Origin: Octopus vulgaris
Lineage: Eukaryota
Length of the DNA stretch: 64,000 nt
Assembly: GCA_951406725.2 (NCBI GenBank)
Contig: OX597835.1
Span: 45,074,001-45,138,000 of the forward strand
Direction: 5' to 3'
This document shows positions 11,588 to 27,167 of the stretch, piece by piece. The position numbers and the translations under genes were made by a program. The notes below the pieces were generated by a model that did not search any database, was not told where the DNA came from, and saw only the letters and a list, made by a program, of their open reading frames with translations. Within the stretch, counting starts at the first letter, position 1, and each line of letters begins with the position of its first letter.

Positions 11588-14500
11588 ATGCTCAGAATAG
11601 GCAGTATAAATGTACGTGGCTTGGGGTCGCCTTGGAAACAAGGCTACCTGTTAAATGACATCAAGTCACTAAATCTGAATATCATAGCCATCAGTGAGAC
11701 CAGACTCCACAGCTTGCGGGCACCCCAGCACAGTTTCGGTACACATTTCAACATTTATTTTTCTCCGTGTCTACCGAGAATGGGCGGAGGTGGCACCACG
11801 GTGCTTCTCCGGAAGAGTCTGGATCTCAAAGTAAGAGCAATTTTCCTAGACCCGGAGGGTAGGCTGGTCGTTTTGGATGTCGATGGCAGCAATGAGTGTG
11901 CTTTTCGACTGATAGCAGTTTATGCTCCGTCCTTAACAGACCGACCAGATTTCTTTCGACGTCTAGATTCTTTCATGGGAACGTCTCGTCCTTTACTTTT
12001 AGTGGGGGATTGGAATGCCACCCTGGACACGCATCTAGACTACGTGGGCAGAGATAGCAATAGAAGGGGATGCAAATGCCTCAAAGACCTGCTCAGACGT
12101 TTCCAACTGTCTGACAAGTACCGACTGGACCACCCGAATGTGCTAATGTGGACATGGAGTAACCGCATCGGGTCGTCCAGATCATACTTAGATAGAGTAT
12201 TCTGTAGGACAATAGATAAAAATAGTGTTGGTTGTCCACAATTTCATATAGTCAGTTACACAGATCACAAGTTTGGGACTTGTACACTTGACTTAGATAA
12301 GACACACAGGCAGGGTCCTGGTTACTGGAAACTGAACGCGTCTTTTACAGCACGACAGGTTTACAGGGACCGGATCAGCACATTAGTTAAGAGAGCTTTG
12401 ACGGGTACTATCATCAACAACAGATGGTGGTATGCCCTAAAAAAAGCAATTAAAGCAGAATCAGTCAGATACAGTAAAGCCCTAGCATTAGACCGAAATA
12501 GAATAGAGGGAGAATTAGTTAAAGTTTTAGAAGAGGCACTTAGAACTGGCATCGCGTCCAACGTGCTGGCGGCGAGATTGGCCCTCGACCAACACCTCAA
12601 CGCCAAACACGAGGGATGCGTTGTCAGAGCTAGGATGCGTGCTCTGAGGAACGAAGGAGTTGGAGCCGCCCAAGAGGCCCGAGTGGTGGAGACGCAACGA
12701 GGCAACAGAGCCACCATCAAGTCTCTTATAGATGAACAGGGGCGCGAATTGCTCGACATTAAAGGATGTGTGGGGCTTTTCAACAACACTTCATCCAACT
12801 GTTTGGGACAAGTGGTGGGTCAGAACGCAGCAAAACAACTGGCAGCAAAACAGGAGTATTCCTGCTTTTGTAAAGCGAGGAGCAGTGGCACTGCTTAAGA
12901 AAGACCCAAACAAGGGGGACGTCATAGATAATTTCAGGCCCATCACTCTGCTCAACGCAGATTTGAAAATTTTGGCCAAGGTGTTAGCCGAGAGGTTGGC
13001 GCTTGTCATCAAGAAACTAATCGACAAGGCGCAAACATGCGCCATGCCGGGTAGAAGTATTCATGACAACCTCCATCTGATGCGCTACATCATAGACAGG
13101 GTAGTTAAGAATCCTGGCATGGGTGGGGCGCTGATCAATTTGGATCAATCAAAAGCTTTCGATAGGGTAGACCATCACTACTTGGAGGCTGTCCTTAAAG
13201 CGGCTGGTTTCGGTCCAGTTTTCCGCGGTTGGATCGCTGCCTTATACAGCGGCATCCGCTCAGTAGTTCGCATAAATGGTCATCTATCCAGACCTTTTAA
13301 CATCATGCGTTCGGTTCGTCAGGGATGCCCCCTCTCATTGCTTCTGTATGTATTGACTCTTAAGCCACTATTGTGGAAACTGGCGACGCCGAGGGGCATC
13401 CCACGATAGCTGGGATGCGGCAGGAGCGTGTCTGCATAAGCGGACGACGTCACCGTCATAGTGTCGAGCCACCAGCACATCGAGCTGGTCGGCGAGACAC
13501 TAAAAGAATACGAAGCGGTAACGGGAGCAAAAATTAACCGGGAAAAGTCAGTGGGCTTGCGGCTCGGCACCTGGAGAAGCAGGCCCATGCCATCCAACAG
13601 CGTCTCCATTGTGGGACGCTGGACGGACGGACCGGTTAATTTGCTCGGGGTCTGGTTCGGTCCGGACCTCCAAATGGAGAAGAACTGGGGCGAGATAACG
13701 ACTAGGGTGGCTACTCTCACCCAGAAATGGGCTGAGAGAAAGCTATCCCTAAAAGGTCGGGCGGAGGTGGCGAACGCGTACATCGCATCCGTCATCGAGT
13801 ATCGTCTGACCGTCGTGCCTTGTCCCGACCCTACCATCACCAAACTGGAACGAATACTCTTCCGCTTCTTGTGGAAGGGAAACGTTCCGATGGTTAGGCG
13901 ATCCATTTGCTGTCAACACCCGCTAAATGGAGGGCTGAGCATGCCGTGGTTGATGATGCGCAGACATGCGCTGAGACTGCGGCATCTCCGGCGCTTCATA
14001 GACAACGGCGAACAGGTGTGGTCGCCTTTTGTGCGGCGCGCTTTCCCGCAGCTCGTCTCCTTGGACGAACTACAGTCATGGATCAAGCAGAGACCGAGGC
14101 TAGGCGAATGGCACCGCGAGTGTCGCGTTGCTCTCAAGCAACTCTGCCGTCCGGGATCGAACTTGTGCGACTCCATCACAACAAAGGCATTCTATAGAGG
14201 ATTAGTGGAGGGGAGGTGCGACGACGAACTCGGGCAGAGTCTGGGCGTCGACGAGGAACACCTGACCCGCCTGTTCAGGACAACTTTCGGGCCGGGACCT
14301 ATGAACAATCACCAAAGATCCCTGGCCTGGTAGTGCTATCGAGAAGCATTACCTGTTCGGGATAAGCTCTACAGACACGGTTCCAGACACACTGGACCGA
14401 CTTGCCCGAGATGCGGTCAGAGCGACGAAACCGTTCTGCAGGCACTCGTGCAATGTCCAACCATTTCAGACCTGTGGGCTTATGCCGAACGGCTGCTGTC

Positions 14501-14822
14501 ACGTGTGGGACGAATCCGCCTATCGGCCGAGTCTACCGTCAGTATTGCTCCGCCCCCTTCCCTCAACCGGGAAGGCAAGGCAGTTTTCATCGTACTGGTG
14601 GCCATGGTGAAAGAATGTGTGTGGTGGACCCCAGCGAAAGGATTAGAGACAAACACTTACCTCTCTGGCCAATCGCTCATCAACTTTTTCAAGTACCACT
14701 TGAAAAGGAAGGTGAGAATGGAGAGGGAAGTTTTGTCTCGCGAAAGATTAAAAAAAAGATGGGTGAATGTTGCAAAGATGGTGCGTGCGAGTGACGAAAC
14801 CATTTTGAGCATGATCCTGTAG
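11588..14822 (+). pseudogene. Tx1/L1 ORF2: apurinic-like endonuclease, reverse transcriptase and C-terminal zinc finger; disrupted
   Basis: APE motifs SINVRGL, ISET, GDWN, YLDRV, YTDH; GPGYWKLN; RT motifs NFRPITLLN, LDQSKAFDRVDH, VRQGCPLS; YADD reads SA*ADD (stop near 13437); CPRCGQSDETVLQALVQC; apparent internal deletion and frameshift near 12760-12880. Confidence 0.93.
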
Positions 14823-15113
14823 ATCGTAAAAAAGAAAGAAAGAGAGCATTTTGATCTCATGTGGTTATTTCCTCCCTGACTGAGGTTCCCGTGGTCTTTT
14901 CTGTAGGCTTTTCTTCCCATGGATGAACCCAATCTTGTTTTATCAATGTTTTTATCATTATTTCTGTGATACACGATTTCTTTTCTTTTTTTTCCTCCTC
15001 TCGATCCCTTTTGATCGCAATTTATTTTCTTTATTTTCCACCCTCGAAAATAAAAGGTCTGCATTTGTATTTGTCCCCTCTGTATTCAGCCCTGTGTGGC
15101 TAATAAAAGAAAG

Positions 15114-15147
15114 ATATCTATCTATCTTTCTACATCTATCTATCTAC

Positions 15148-15206
<59 letters not shown>

Positions 15207-15242
15207 CCTATCTACCTATCTATCTATGTATCTTTCTATATC

Positions 15243-15309
<67 letters not shown>

Positions 15310-15328
15310 TTATCTATCTATCTTTTTA

Positions 15329-15359
<31 letters not shown>

Positions 15360-15390
15360 TTATCTATTTATCTATCTATCTATCTTTTTA

Positions 15391-15432
<42 letters not shown>

Positions 15433-15450
15433 ACTATCTATCTATCTATC
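15114..15450. repeat. (TATC)n microsatellite
   Basis: Direct reading; abuts the Tx1 3' end. Confidence 0.95.
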
Positions 15451-15541
15451 GTTCTGGTTTCTGTCTGACTCTTCTTTCATGTCGCCCTTCCTTTCCTGCG
15501 CTCTCTCTTTCTCTTTCTTACTCTCTCTCACTCTTTCTTGA

Positions 15542-15572
<31 letters not shown>

Positions 15573-16333
15573 ATATGCATATATGCAATTACATCTATAC
15601 GCATATATACGTGTTTGCATGCGCGCATATGTATACTCCCACACACAAGCAGAATCACTCATATACATGTATAATATATATATATGTGTGTGTGTGCGTG
15701 CGCGTGTGTGTGTGTTTGTGTGTGCGTGTGTCGGTATTGCGCTGTCCTGTTTTTAAAACACCGTTCGATAATGGAATAAAGGAAAGGTCTGTCTGCAATG
15801 TCACAATCCGCTGTTAATCTTTAGTCGCTTTAGTCTTTTTACATTCTCTATGTATATCGCACCTGCCTTGAATCAGGCACAAACTCTGCCCGTTATCGCA
15901 GAATCTAAATGCTGAACTCAAATTAAAGCCGACACTAAAACATATATACAGTGTGAACATAGTATGATGTTTATTAGAACTGCCATTCCTCGCCAACACC
16001 TCCTGCATATCTATGACGTAGGTAGATACATTATATCTACATTTTATCAGTAAATATGGAATGGATTTCTATACATCAGTCGATCGTTGTGGAGTTTAAT
16101 CTCTAGAAAAGTCGATTTATAAAACGTGTTTATGGACATTTACGTTTCAGTTAAATAACAAATGTTCTTGATAAACGTATAGACATTACATTACATAATC
16201 TCATATCCCGCCTACTGTGGATGTGAGATGCTTCTCACTGTGTAAGAAATAATTATTTTTCTACCTTCAATAGCTAATAAAGCACATTTTATGTGCCCCA
16301 TGATACCTCATCTTTTCTAGCGTGAAGCACATA

Positions 16334-16384
<51 letters not shown>

Positions 16385-17604
16385 GTGTGTGTATAATTAT
16401 ATATATGTGTGTGTGTGTGTGTGTGTTTGTGTACATATACGTACATATACATACACATATATATATGTGTATATCTGTGCGTATGGATATAGACATGTAT
16501 GCTTGTGTGTGCATCTCAACACATACATACGTGTATATATAAGCATGGACGTGTTAGACCTTAATGTTGGGTTACACCATGTAGATATTACAAGGGCCAC
16601 ATATGGATGAGTTGCTTTCTTTGTTCAATAGCTAAAATATTGTACTGAATTGCAGAGATAAAATCGTACTTTGATTATCCACAGACGAACGCTAGTGATA
16701 TTCAAAACGCACGATGTTAATACTCTGTGTAAAAGAAACGATAACGCAAAATCCTCCCATTGCAGATTTTATAAAATGTACCTTTGTGCTTAGTGGAAAA
16801 AACAAGCCAGGTTTGTGAAAGCGTTATGGTATACTTAACGTCTATAATGCAGCAAATGATTAAAGTTTAAATTGCAACAGTGAATCGGTACAGAGCATAA
16901 TCCAGTATTTCAAAATGCACGCCATTGATTTAATTATATGGTTCTGTAAGGGAGTTGACTTCTGATATGTAATGTATTGATTATTGCCTTATTAATGAGA
17001 CATACACCTTAGCAATCTTGCCAAATTACTGGGATAAACCTACCAAGGAAATGCAAGAGGATATAAATTGCTAGTTGTAGGAAACTAGAATAGTTTGCGA
17101 ATAAATAATCCTGACAATCATCTGTATATCGCTGTGCGATTCTATCAACTTTTCTATTTATCAAAATGCGCGCGCACAGATACTAATGTATACACACACT
17201 TTAAGAGTAATTAAGTTGGTGTCAATATACCATGATCAAAATTATAAACCTAAAGAGATTCATCAATCCACAATGAAAAGAAAAACGATATTTTAGCTTA
17301 TTTGTAAGAAAAAGATATTTGTTTCGGTCTCATTCGAAAGTATAACGACCGAGGGCAGTGGATTAGCACAATCGCCAGTCGCGATATATTTTACCGCCTC
17401 TTTACGTTCTACATTAAAACAATACCAGGGCAAACTTAACCTTCCCTGATTTCAGGGTATGTAAAAATAATGCACCAATCAAGTAATAATAACTCTCTTA
17501 TCTCGAAATCACTGGCCTTATACCCAGATAATGACAATTATATAGTGGTAAGTGAAACATATATTACATACAGGCGCAGGAATGGATGTGAGGATTGTTT
17601 GTAC

Positions 17605-18930
17605 CACTCATTGAAGTCGTCACGCTGGCTTACAGCGGACTAAAAGTGATTGTAAAAGAAGCTCTACTGTAAGGTAAGACTTTTGTTTTTGGGTCCAGTG
17701 GGAGTTTGTTGTTTGCGGTAATTATTTTTGTACAAGCAAGAAGTCCTCACTGGATTCTAAAATCTGGTCTGCCTCCAGTTGAGCAGTGGTTCACGTTAAG
17801 TGAATATTATTTCTCACTTAATTGTGAAAATTGTTCCTTGGGGGCGTATCGTGCCTCCTAAAAATATGTTCACTTTTTGTGAATTTAAAAAATAATTATG
17901 AGAATTGCTGTTTTGGGGAAGTGTCTTTGCCTCTGAAGATCGAACGACTTGTATACCAGTTTTTGTGGAAGTTGTGTTCCAGTTGTGGTGCTCCGGGTTC
18001 GTCCTTGGTCGGGAGTACCTAGTGGCCGGAAGTTTTTTTTGCTTTGTTTTTTAACTATTGACTTTCTTTCTTCTAAACTTTATTTGACTTTCTGTTTTCG
18101 TGAATTGCTTTCTTTTTCTTTCTTTCATTTTATGTGACTCTTTTCATTTCTTTCTTCTTATTCTTTCTTTTTAAGTTTTATTTTGAACTATTTTCGAACT
18201 TTTATTACAAAAGAAAAAACAACATGGCAATGAAAAAAAGACAATGTCTTGGAGTGGAAATTATACCATCCAAACGGTGGTTGAAAGACCGTGAAGAGAC
18301 AACGGTGGTGTTGAGGACTTACTCCAAGCCGCTTGACACCGTCGCCCTATTTGACAAGACTGTAATTGAAAAGGAATTGGCAGAGTATCTCCCAACTATT
18401 AAATTCACTTCCAAGGGGGTCAAATACGCCACGGTGTGGTTGCTATTTGACACCCCTGAAGAAGCTCGCAAATTTGAGAGCAAATAAATTAGAGAGCAAA
18501 TAAATTTTCTTTCTTCCATCGTATTGTGGGAAGAGGTTGACGAGAGCTTGGATCAGCGGGTTTCCACCCGGGATAAAACCCGAATGGATAGAGGAGACTA
18601 TCCGCTAGGGTCTGGGTGGCAGCTGAGCCAAGTTTCTTAATGTAAAAGTTTATTCTGCAATTCATTGGGTCAAAAGCTGTTTTGACCCGGTAGACCCAAT
18701 CAGCCAATCTGTTTTTTCCAGATGTTTTTAAAATGGCCGGGTGCAGGTACCCGCTGATTCTTGAGGGTGGCTCCCCGCCATGTGTCATCGCTGTCTGAAG
18801 CCTGGCCATATAAAGAAAAAATGTCTCCAGTAAGATCCTGGAGCAGTGGATTGAGACATCTGTAGAAGAGGGAACGAAGGCGGCGGAGGCGGCGGAGGAC
18901 TCCTCAAGAAGGGCCGCAAGGGGAAGAAGC
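17605..18930 (+). mobile_element. ORF1-only Tx1-like element, degenerate and 3'-deleted, inside a family A SINE
   Basis: Homologous to 52031-54230; ATG at 18224 (..EIIPSKRWLKDREETTVVLRTYSK..); CHRCLKPGHIKKKC knuckle near 18783; SINE head at 17571-17603 and SINE 3' half at about 18925-19180. Confidence 0.8.
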
Positions 18931-19774
18931 CGGTAGTGTATAATATATATATATATTTATATATATACATACATGTGTGTGTATGTTTGTGTGTCTATGT
19001 TTGTCCTCCCCACCATCGCTTCAGAACCGTTGTTGGTGTGTTTACGTCTACGTAAACAAGTAGTTCAGCAAAAGCGGCCAATAGAATAAGTACTTGGTTT
19101 ACAAATATTAAGTCCTGGTGTCGATTTGTTGGAGTAAAGGAGGTGCTCCAGCATGGCCGCAGTCAAATTACTGAACATAACAAATAAAAGCAACTTACTG
19201 TAGCTTTGTTGAAAGAATCAATAACTAAATGTGAAGTATTTCCGAGTCCCTCGCCTGTGTTCAACTTCTTTTCTTCCTCACCCCCCCCCCATAGGCCGGA
19301 CCATATACATCTTGTAAATAAACATTTGAAAATATGTAAATGGTAAATGTATACCGCTTACGAAAGAAATTCGGAATTGATTGGGGCATCAATAACGTAG
19401 GAACGGCAACTACTTCAGTTACCATAATCAATGTTATTATCAACATATTCAATGAAAAGATATATTTAAAATAGCGCGTTAAAAATATATTACTTATGAT
19501 TACAAACACCTGTTGAAACGTGTAACTAATTCTGTACGTATATCAAATATTGAATGAACGCTTTCAATTTTTGAAATACCATGAAATACCTTGACAAAAA
19601 TTTAAGCGGATTAAGTAAATATTTTGACTCTCATTCAATATTTGATGATATTTTCAGTCACAGATTTACTACTATAGCGTGCGGAGGAAACATTAATATA
19701 GTACGACAATAATGTTTGATACTAGCAACAATAAAATCTACAATAACAATTCAGTTCTATATTTAAGAGATGTG

Positions 19775-20505
<731 letters not shown>

Positions 20506-21049
20506 ATTCATTCAATTGAATCTCGAATGATTATCATCTCGGTACATCCATAGCAGTGATTTGAAATAGCAGAACACGAATATGAAAATAATCGAATATC
20601 TATAATATTTTCTCCTATTTGATACGTTGTTGTATCACCTACAAACACACTTGAAGCTATATACGCTTGTTATGTTACTCAACCTTTTCTGTTACTACTT
20701 TAGATTGTGTCGTCTGCAACTATTCATAATGTTCCGTCAGACTTGTCTTTTCCATCTTCCAGATTGTGCTTCCTACAATTCATGGTTTCCTCGTTTACTG
20801 ATCTCGTGTCTTCATCTTGTTTACTATCTGCTTAGGACTCAGTCTCATCCAAGACACCATCTACTCTTTATATTCGGTCAGGTATGCCTAAGATTTCTTC
20901 TTGTAGGTCTTTGGACCATCTACTTTATTAGATCGCCTATTGCTCGCTCTTCAGGCTGGGACCAGGAATGAAATTTCAGCCACCAACATCTACTTCTGAC
21001 ATTTTCTTTTGTTTATGATATTTTCGTAATGAAAATAGAACGTAAAGTA

Positions 21050-21560
21050 ATCTAGATGTTCACATTCACATTTGGAATCCCTTTGATTACATGGTGGCGA
21101 AGAAAAAACGATAACCGTGGGCTTCAAAGTAAATATCAGCCACAAATTGTGCTAATATCGGGATTATTTTAATCGTTTTCTTGATGTGGGTTGCTATGAT
21201 TCTCTGATAATCATCTTTGAGCCTAAACAAATAAAACAGAATAGTCATTACAAGAAAAATATAAATTAGCAACTCATACTCCGGCTACTAGAAGAACCCT
21301 ATTCTAAAACAGCTTACAGATGGACAGCAGTTGAAGGAAAGGGAGATCGAAAGTCTGAAAACTACATGGCGTATAACATTCATAACCAACTTGAGAGAGG
21401 CGAATATCACAACGTCCGAATGCAGAGAAAATCGTAGTCATCACAAAACAGTGACGTCAGCTAACTACGCAACGTGCTGGAGGGCACAGAAACTGAACAG
21501 AAAAACAATGGATGTAAGGATTGTGCCAATACAAGTCACAACAGAATGAGTGAGGGCCGC
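21050..21560 (+). pseudogene. Possible highly decayed Ty3/Gypsy pol remnant
   Basis: Only weak resemblance (..MVAKK..; HKTVTSANYATCWRAQKLNR versus integrase H..T..Y.PQ.NG.AER.NR). Confidence 0.25.
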
Positions 21561-23147
21561 TTCGGTGAGGTCTCTCTCTTATCTCATTTCGAGAAGCACT
21601 TCTTGTTTTCAATCTTTTTCCTGTTAATTTTGAAGTAAATTGCTAAGCACAGCTGGTTTCTTAAAATATGATATACTTATGAGGTTTCACGTTTCAAGTT
21701 TGCTTTTTTCTTTTTTTTAGCATCCTTTGTCAACATTGATTACATTGAAAATTAGTTATTCCTCTCTGATTTTGCCGGAACCTGTTCTATACTAATCGTA
21801 TGACTACGATCAATCGAATTAACTTCCATCTTTAGACGCCATTTCTTTAACTCTGTGCGGTTATCTCCTCTTCAAATACCACAATGTCTAGGTCACTGCA
21901 ACTGCAACACCATTTACTAAAATTGCTTATCTTTCTGGCGCTATCACTAATCTAATGAAGATTGCAAATTTAGTAAATGTCTGCATTTCGTTTCATCTAT
22001 TTATTTATTTTTCATTCAAATGACTTCATATTCTTGTTATCGTTGTTGCTCTTATAACTTGTGCTGCGCAGTGTTTCATTCGTGCTTCTGTAACGGTTAA
22101 TTAATTTGTTGCTTCTTTTTTTTCTTTTACTTATTTAAAGAATTTTACTGAACAAAGCCAGAATTTTGTCATCAGTTAATGTAGTCTTTGATTTAAAGAA
22201 TTAGTTTAGCATAATGTATTATATAAATAAAGTTTTCGTAGTAGTTGAGGTTGTTCAACCGCGATTGACGAAACGTATAATGGTTTCTAATATCGGCGCA
22301 AGTTTTGAAATGTGTGGAAGGAAGCTATTCGATTACATGGTTCCCAGTGCATGACTGGTACTTTATTTTACCGCTCACGATAAAATTTGAACGGAAACCA
22401 TAATGAGCCGAAAGATACGCCGCTAGACAATTTGTTTGACGCGTCAGGAATTTAGTAATTGTTAAACGGTCTAATCGAAATTTGACCCTAGAAGAATCCA
22501 AAGGGTTTTTAACGAAATATGCTGGGAAAAGATTTCAGGGGTATTTAACTACAGTTTCTAATAACCGAGTGCTTCAACATATGGAGTGTTAGGTACCTAG
22601 TCATTTTACATATGTAGCAATAAAAAGATGTAGATAGGCGTGCGTATTTTCACTGTCTCTGTTTCACTCTGCTTCCTATCATATATGCATGAGTGAAGGC
22701 CTATGAGGTGGCTCTAATGGGAAAGCAGGAGTTTGCGTTAACGTCGATTTCAGCGTGGAAACCTATCTGTTTCTCTCTCTGTCTCTGTCTGTCTATCTGT
22801 CTATCTGTCTGCTTGTCTGTCTGTATGTCTGTCTCTCTGTATCTCTATCTCTCCCTGTCTCTCGGTCTCTCTCTCTAATTCTGAACCTATATCACAGATG
22901 CACAATTACATAAATTGATAGATATTATTGCGCACATATGTTTCCTAAAATTTGCCACAGTCAAAATGACTGAAACACGTAAGAGAATAAAATAGTATAT
23001 ATATATACATATATATATATATAATAAGAGTAAACAATAGCTTTAATGGTTTTTAAAAAAACCCAACAATTATTTACTGGTAGATTTCGGTATCTAAATA
23101 TTACAATTAACGGTAGGAACTTCAACAGAAGTTCAATATATATATTG

Positions 23148-23434
23148 TATATAAATAAAAATGGCAGGCAACAGGCAATTTAGCCACATAACGAAAAAAT
23201 TAGAAATAGCAGTCAAAGACTGTTTATTTCTATTTTCTACAAAGACTCCACATACGACATACCCGTGTAATTCACATATATATAAAACATATGTTTTGTA
23301 TATGTGAATTACACAGATATGTTGTATGTGGAGTCTTATTTGTAGAAAATAGAAATAAACCGTCTTTGACTGCTATTTCTAATTTTTTCGGTATGTGGCT
23401 AAGCAACCTGTTGCCTGCCTTTTTTTATTTATAT
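23148..23434. repeat. Fold-back inverted duplication (about 140-bp arms, centre 23290/23291) within (TA)n
   Basis: ggcaggcaacagg..ttagaaatagcagtcaaagac..aaaacat | atgtttt..gtctttgactgctatttctaa..cctgttgcctgcc. Confidence 0.9.
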
Positions 23435-23435
23435 A

Positions 23436-23472
<37 letters not shown>

Positions 23473-24276
23473 CGTATGCGTGTGCATGTGTTTGTGTGTA
23501 TCCGTATCTATATACACTTATGTAAATAGACGCGTATATATAACTTTTAATCTACGTGTTACATCGTCTGATGTGACTATTTCTTTCTACTAACATTTTC
23601 CCTCTTACTCTTTCTGGTGCTCTATTCTATCACCAACAGACTCTCTCTCTGTCTCTTCTTATCTCCAATTTTATTCTTTCTATCACATTCTATCTCAGTT
23701 TTCACCACTTTCAATCTCTCTTCACAGGCTTTCACTATCGTCATAAACGCCATTATACAATAATAGCATTGTTAGATCAACTGTGATATTGCACAGACAT
23801 TTTTCCGATAGAAATGCAATCAAAAATCTCAAATATAATACGCTCAGCATCATAAGTGGTTATAAAGATATCCATAATTTCTTTAGGAATTATATAGCGT
23901 TTCCAGGGACTAAGAAATTATATAGATATCTTGGTGTTAGCTATAAATTTCGCAATATAACATTAAAATATAAACATTAAATATATGACGTTAAATAAGT
24001 TTACAGTTTCATGAATCGCAGCTTCTTTACTTCTGATTCAATCAACGTGGAATGAAGTGTTCCAAATATCTTTTTGTTAAGTTGTTAATGAATGCAACAG
24101 ACGTCTTGAAAGACAGAACTAGCGAAAACAATTATGATATATTTGTCTGTCAGCTTACGTATGGATTGACAGCTCAAGGCCCTGGTTTGTATATATTATA
24201 TGTATATGTGAGTGTGAGGTAGTGTATGTAAATATAGACACACGCACACACACACTCGCGAGCATATACATGTATG

Positions 24277-24397
<121 letters not shown>

Positions 24398-24480
24398 AAT
24401 ATTAGGGAATAAATCCAACTTTACAGGGAAAAAAATCAGATTTACGATTAAATCCAATTTTATAGTAAAATATTATAAAA

Positions 24481-24633
24481 TATTATTAGAGACAAAACCA
24501 CTATTTTGCAAAACAAACAAGGAAAGACTTAATCAATACGTAAAATTTTAATAAATAGTCAAAATATTTATAAAATTTTATGTATTGATTAAGTCTTTCC
24601 TTGTTTATTTTGCAAAATAGTGGTTTTGTCTCT

Positions 24634-24640
<7 letters not shown>
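24481..24640. repeat. Fold-back inverted duplication (70-bp arms, 20-nt spacer) with a one-sided extension 24395-24480
   Basis: tattattagagacaaaaccactattttgcaaaa... / ...ttttgcaaaatagtggttttgtctctaataata; flanked by (TA)n. Confidence 0.92.
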
Positions 24641-24690
<50 letters not shown>

Positions 24691-24882
24691 CACACATATA
24701 TATATATATGTTTCTCCCGCCGTTCACTATTTTCCTCTCGTTCAGTTCTAACGACCCTCCATGGTTTGTTTTCGTTCTGTTTCCTTGCATGTCTCCACCG
24801 TCATTTTTTGTTCCCAGCTTTCACTCTACATAAATCCGAAATTTTATTTTAGAATTTATGAGAACAACTGTCTTTGAAGTCG

Positions 24883-24947
24883 CATATTGTCGTTGAATGT
24901 TTGAAATGATGAATAGATAGACAGCCGACAACTGATGAAGGTTGATT
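24883..24947 (+). ncRNA. Candidate permuted hammerhead-like motif (UH-GAAA-CUGAUGA order)
   Basis: ca-TA-ttgtcg...GAAA-tg...cgacaa-CTGATGA; stem I ttgtcg/cgacaa, stem III ca/tg, stem II decayed. Confidence 0.5.
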
Positions 24948-25209
24948 TCTCAGTGTGAACTTGTCCTGCTTAGCCATAAACATATATATATATATTCCAC
25001 ACGCGCCAGCTTAAATCAATCCGTCTTTTGTCGAAATATGCCTGTTGATATGTCCTCTTATAATTCTTATTGTATTTTATTTATTGTATTTATATTTGTA
25101 TAACATTGCCCGTTTTTTCCGTCCTTGTTTTTGTATACATTCGCTGCTTTCTTTCAAGGAATGTAATGCTCTTAGCTTAGTTTTTCTTTGGGGCTGGCCA
25201 GATTGGTGG

Positions 25210-25279
25210 AATATGAAGAATAATCAGCCGAAATTGAGAAGATAATCTGGTTATTGACTGAAGAAAGAATGCTTCGATT
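25210..25279 (+). ncRNA. Candidate permuted hammerhead-like motif, degenerate
   Basis: aa-TA-tgaagaat-aatcagcc-GAAA-tt...gttattga-CTGAAGA; same spacing as 24883 and 33014; related to the 28698/44959 repeat. Confidence 0.4.
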
Positions 25280-26079
25280 GACCCGTCCTTGTTTTCTTTG
25301 TATCGTCTATCTGGATGTTTTGTTTTCCCTTTTGGTATCACCTACTTGTCCAGATGTTTTGCGTTCTTGTCCCATTTTGTATTATATACATATGTATATT
25401 ACATATACACACAGAAACGCAAACAGTTCGGGCCCACTAGCAGTTCGGCAAGTGGACTCGATACCATAAGTACCAGGGTTTAAAAAAAGTACGTCCGTTC
25501 TCTCATTCGATTGAAAATTCTTAAAGGTTTTGACCTACCATGGTCGTAGTCTAATGACTGAAACAAGCACATGATAAAAGATACATACACATACGCACAC
25601 ACGCGCACACACGCATACACACACAAGCCCATACTTAGATTCACCATCGCATAAGCAGCTACTGCAGAAAACAGAAACTGGCGCCACACCAGCTTTCATT
25701 CGACAAGGTGTATCATGTTCCAAACTATACAATATTACCTCGACAACCATGTCTATAGTTGCGATACTATATTATGTGCTGAGGGTATTTTATGGTAGAA
25801 ATGCCACCAATAATAAAATTACAAAATGTTTTGTTCAAAAATTGAAATGTTTACGGCTAAGCAATTTCTCTGCGGTTATATATGTGTACAGAATCCCACA
25901 CATAACCATATCACACACATACACACACACGTACAAATTCACTTATGCAAGTCTATACATATATATGTATATAATTGTGTATATATTGTGATGTATTTAT
26001 ATATATATATATATAAATGTATATATAAATCAATATGCATATACATATGTGTATGTGTGTATGTAAATATATATGTATG

Positions 26080-26251
<172 letters not shown>

Positions 26252-26305
26252 CAATATGCAAATATTACGTATATATACATATATAGAAGTATATATATAT
26301 ATATG

Positions 26306-26346
<41 letters not shown>

Positions 26347-26850
26347 ATATGAATGTATGTGTATGTGTGTACGTGCATCTTTGAATTGATATGTGTTTTT
26401 CAGTGCAAAATATCATACTTATATGTGTGTGTGTTTTTGTGTGTGTGTGTTCCTTTCTATAAATGTATACATTTTATACACTCGCATACACTTACATTAT
26501 ATTACTTATGGAAATAACGAGGTATATGTGTGCACATAGGTTATCATACGTTTATTCACACACGTCTACACGTGTCCTTTTCTCTGCGTATGCAGATATG
26601 TGGCCCCGTATGTGTGAGTTTAGGTTTGTGTGTGTGTATAAATATATAGAGATGTAGAGATAGATATGTATATAGATAGAAAAATGTTGAGAGGGATAAA
26701 CAGAAACGTATACATAATTACACATGCGCATTGTTGAAAGTTGATTCTAGAAGAACGGAATATGCAATATCGTTTCTCTTACTTTTAATTTCACCTCCGT
26801 CGACCCCTCCCCTCTAAAACATATATATACATACATGCATACATACATAC

Positions 26851-26997
<147 letters not shown>

Positions 26998-27136
26998 CAT
27001 ATCACTGCAAGAAAGGGATAATGCATTTCCGATCTAAATAACAGGAAGAAATATTCAAATGGATATGCAATACATTTTATTTAGTTGTGTTTGTGTGTGT
27101 TTACGTGTGTATGTGTGTATGTTTGTGTGCATACGT

Positions 27137-27167
<31 letters not shown>

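Larger units (their letters stand above)
8913..15113 (+). mobile_element. Degenerate Tx1/L1-clade non-LTR retrotransposon, preceded by a diverged copy of its own 3' end
   Basis: ORF1 with zinc knuckle, ORF2 with APE, RT and CCHC; 3' UTR ends aataaaagaaa followed by (TATC)n; 8913-9270 is homologous to 14645-15017. Confidence 0.9.

Noticed and set aside
16134-16168. Minus-strand acatt...GAAA-cg-TA-aatgt hammerhead-like remnant
   Set aside because: CUGAnGA segment is absent
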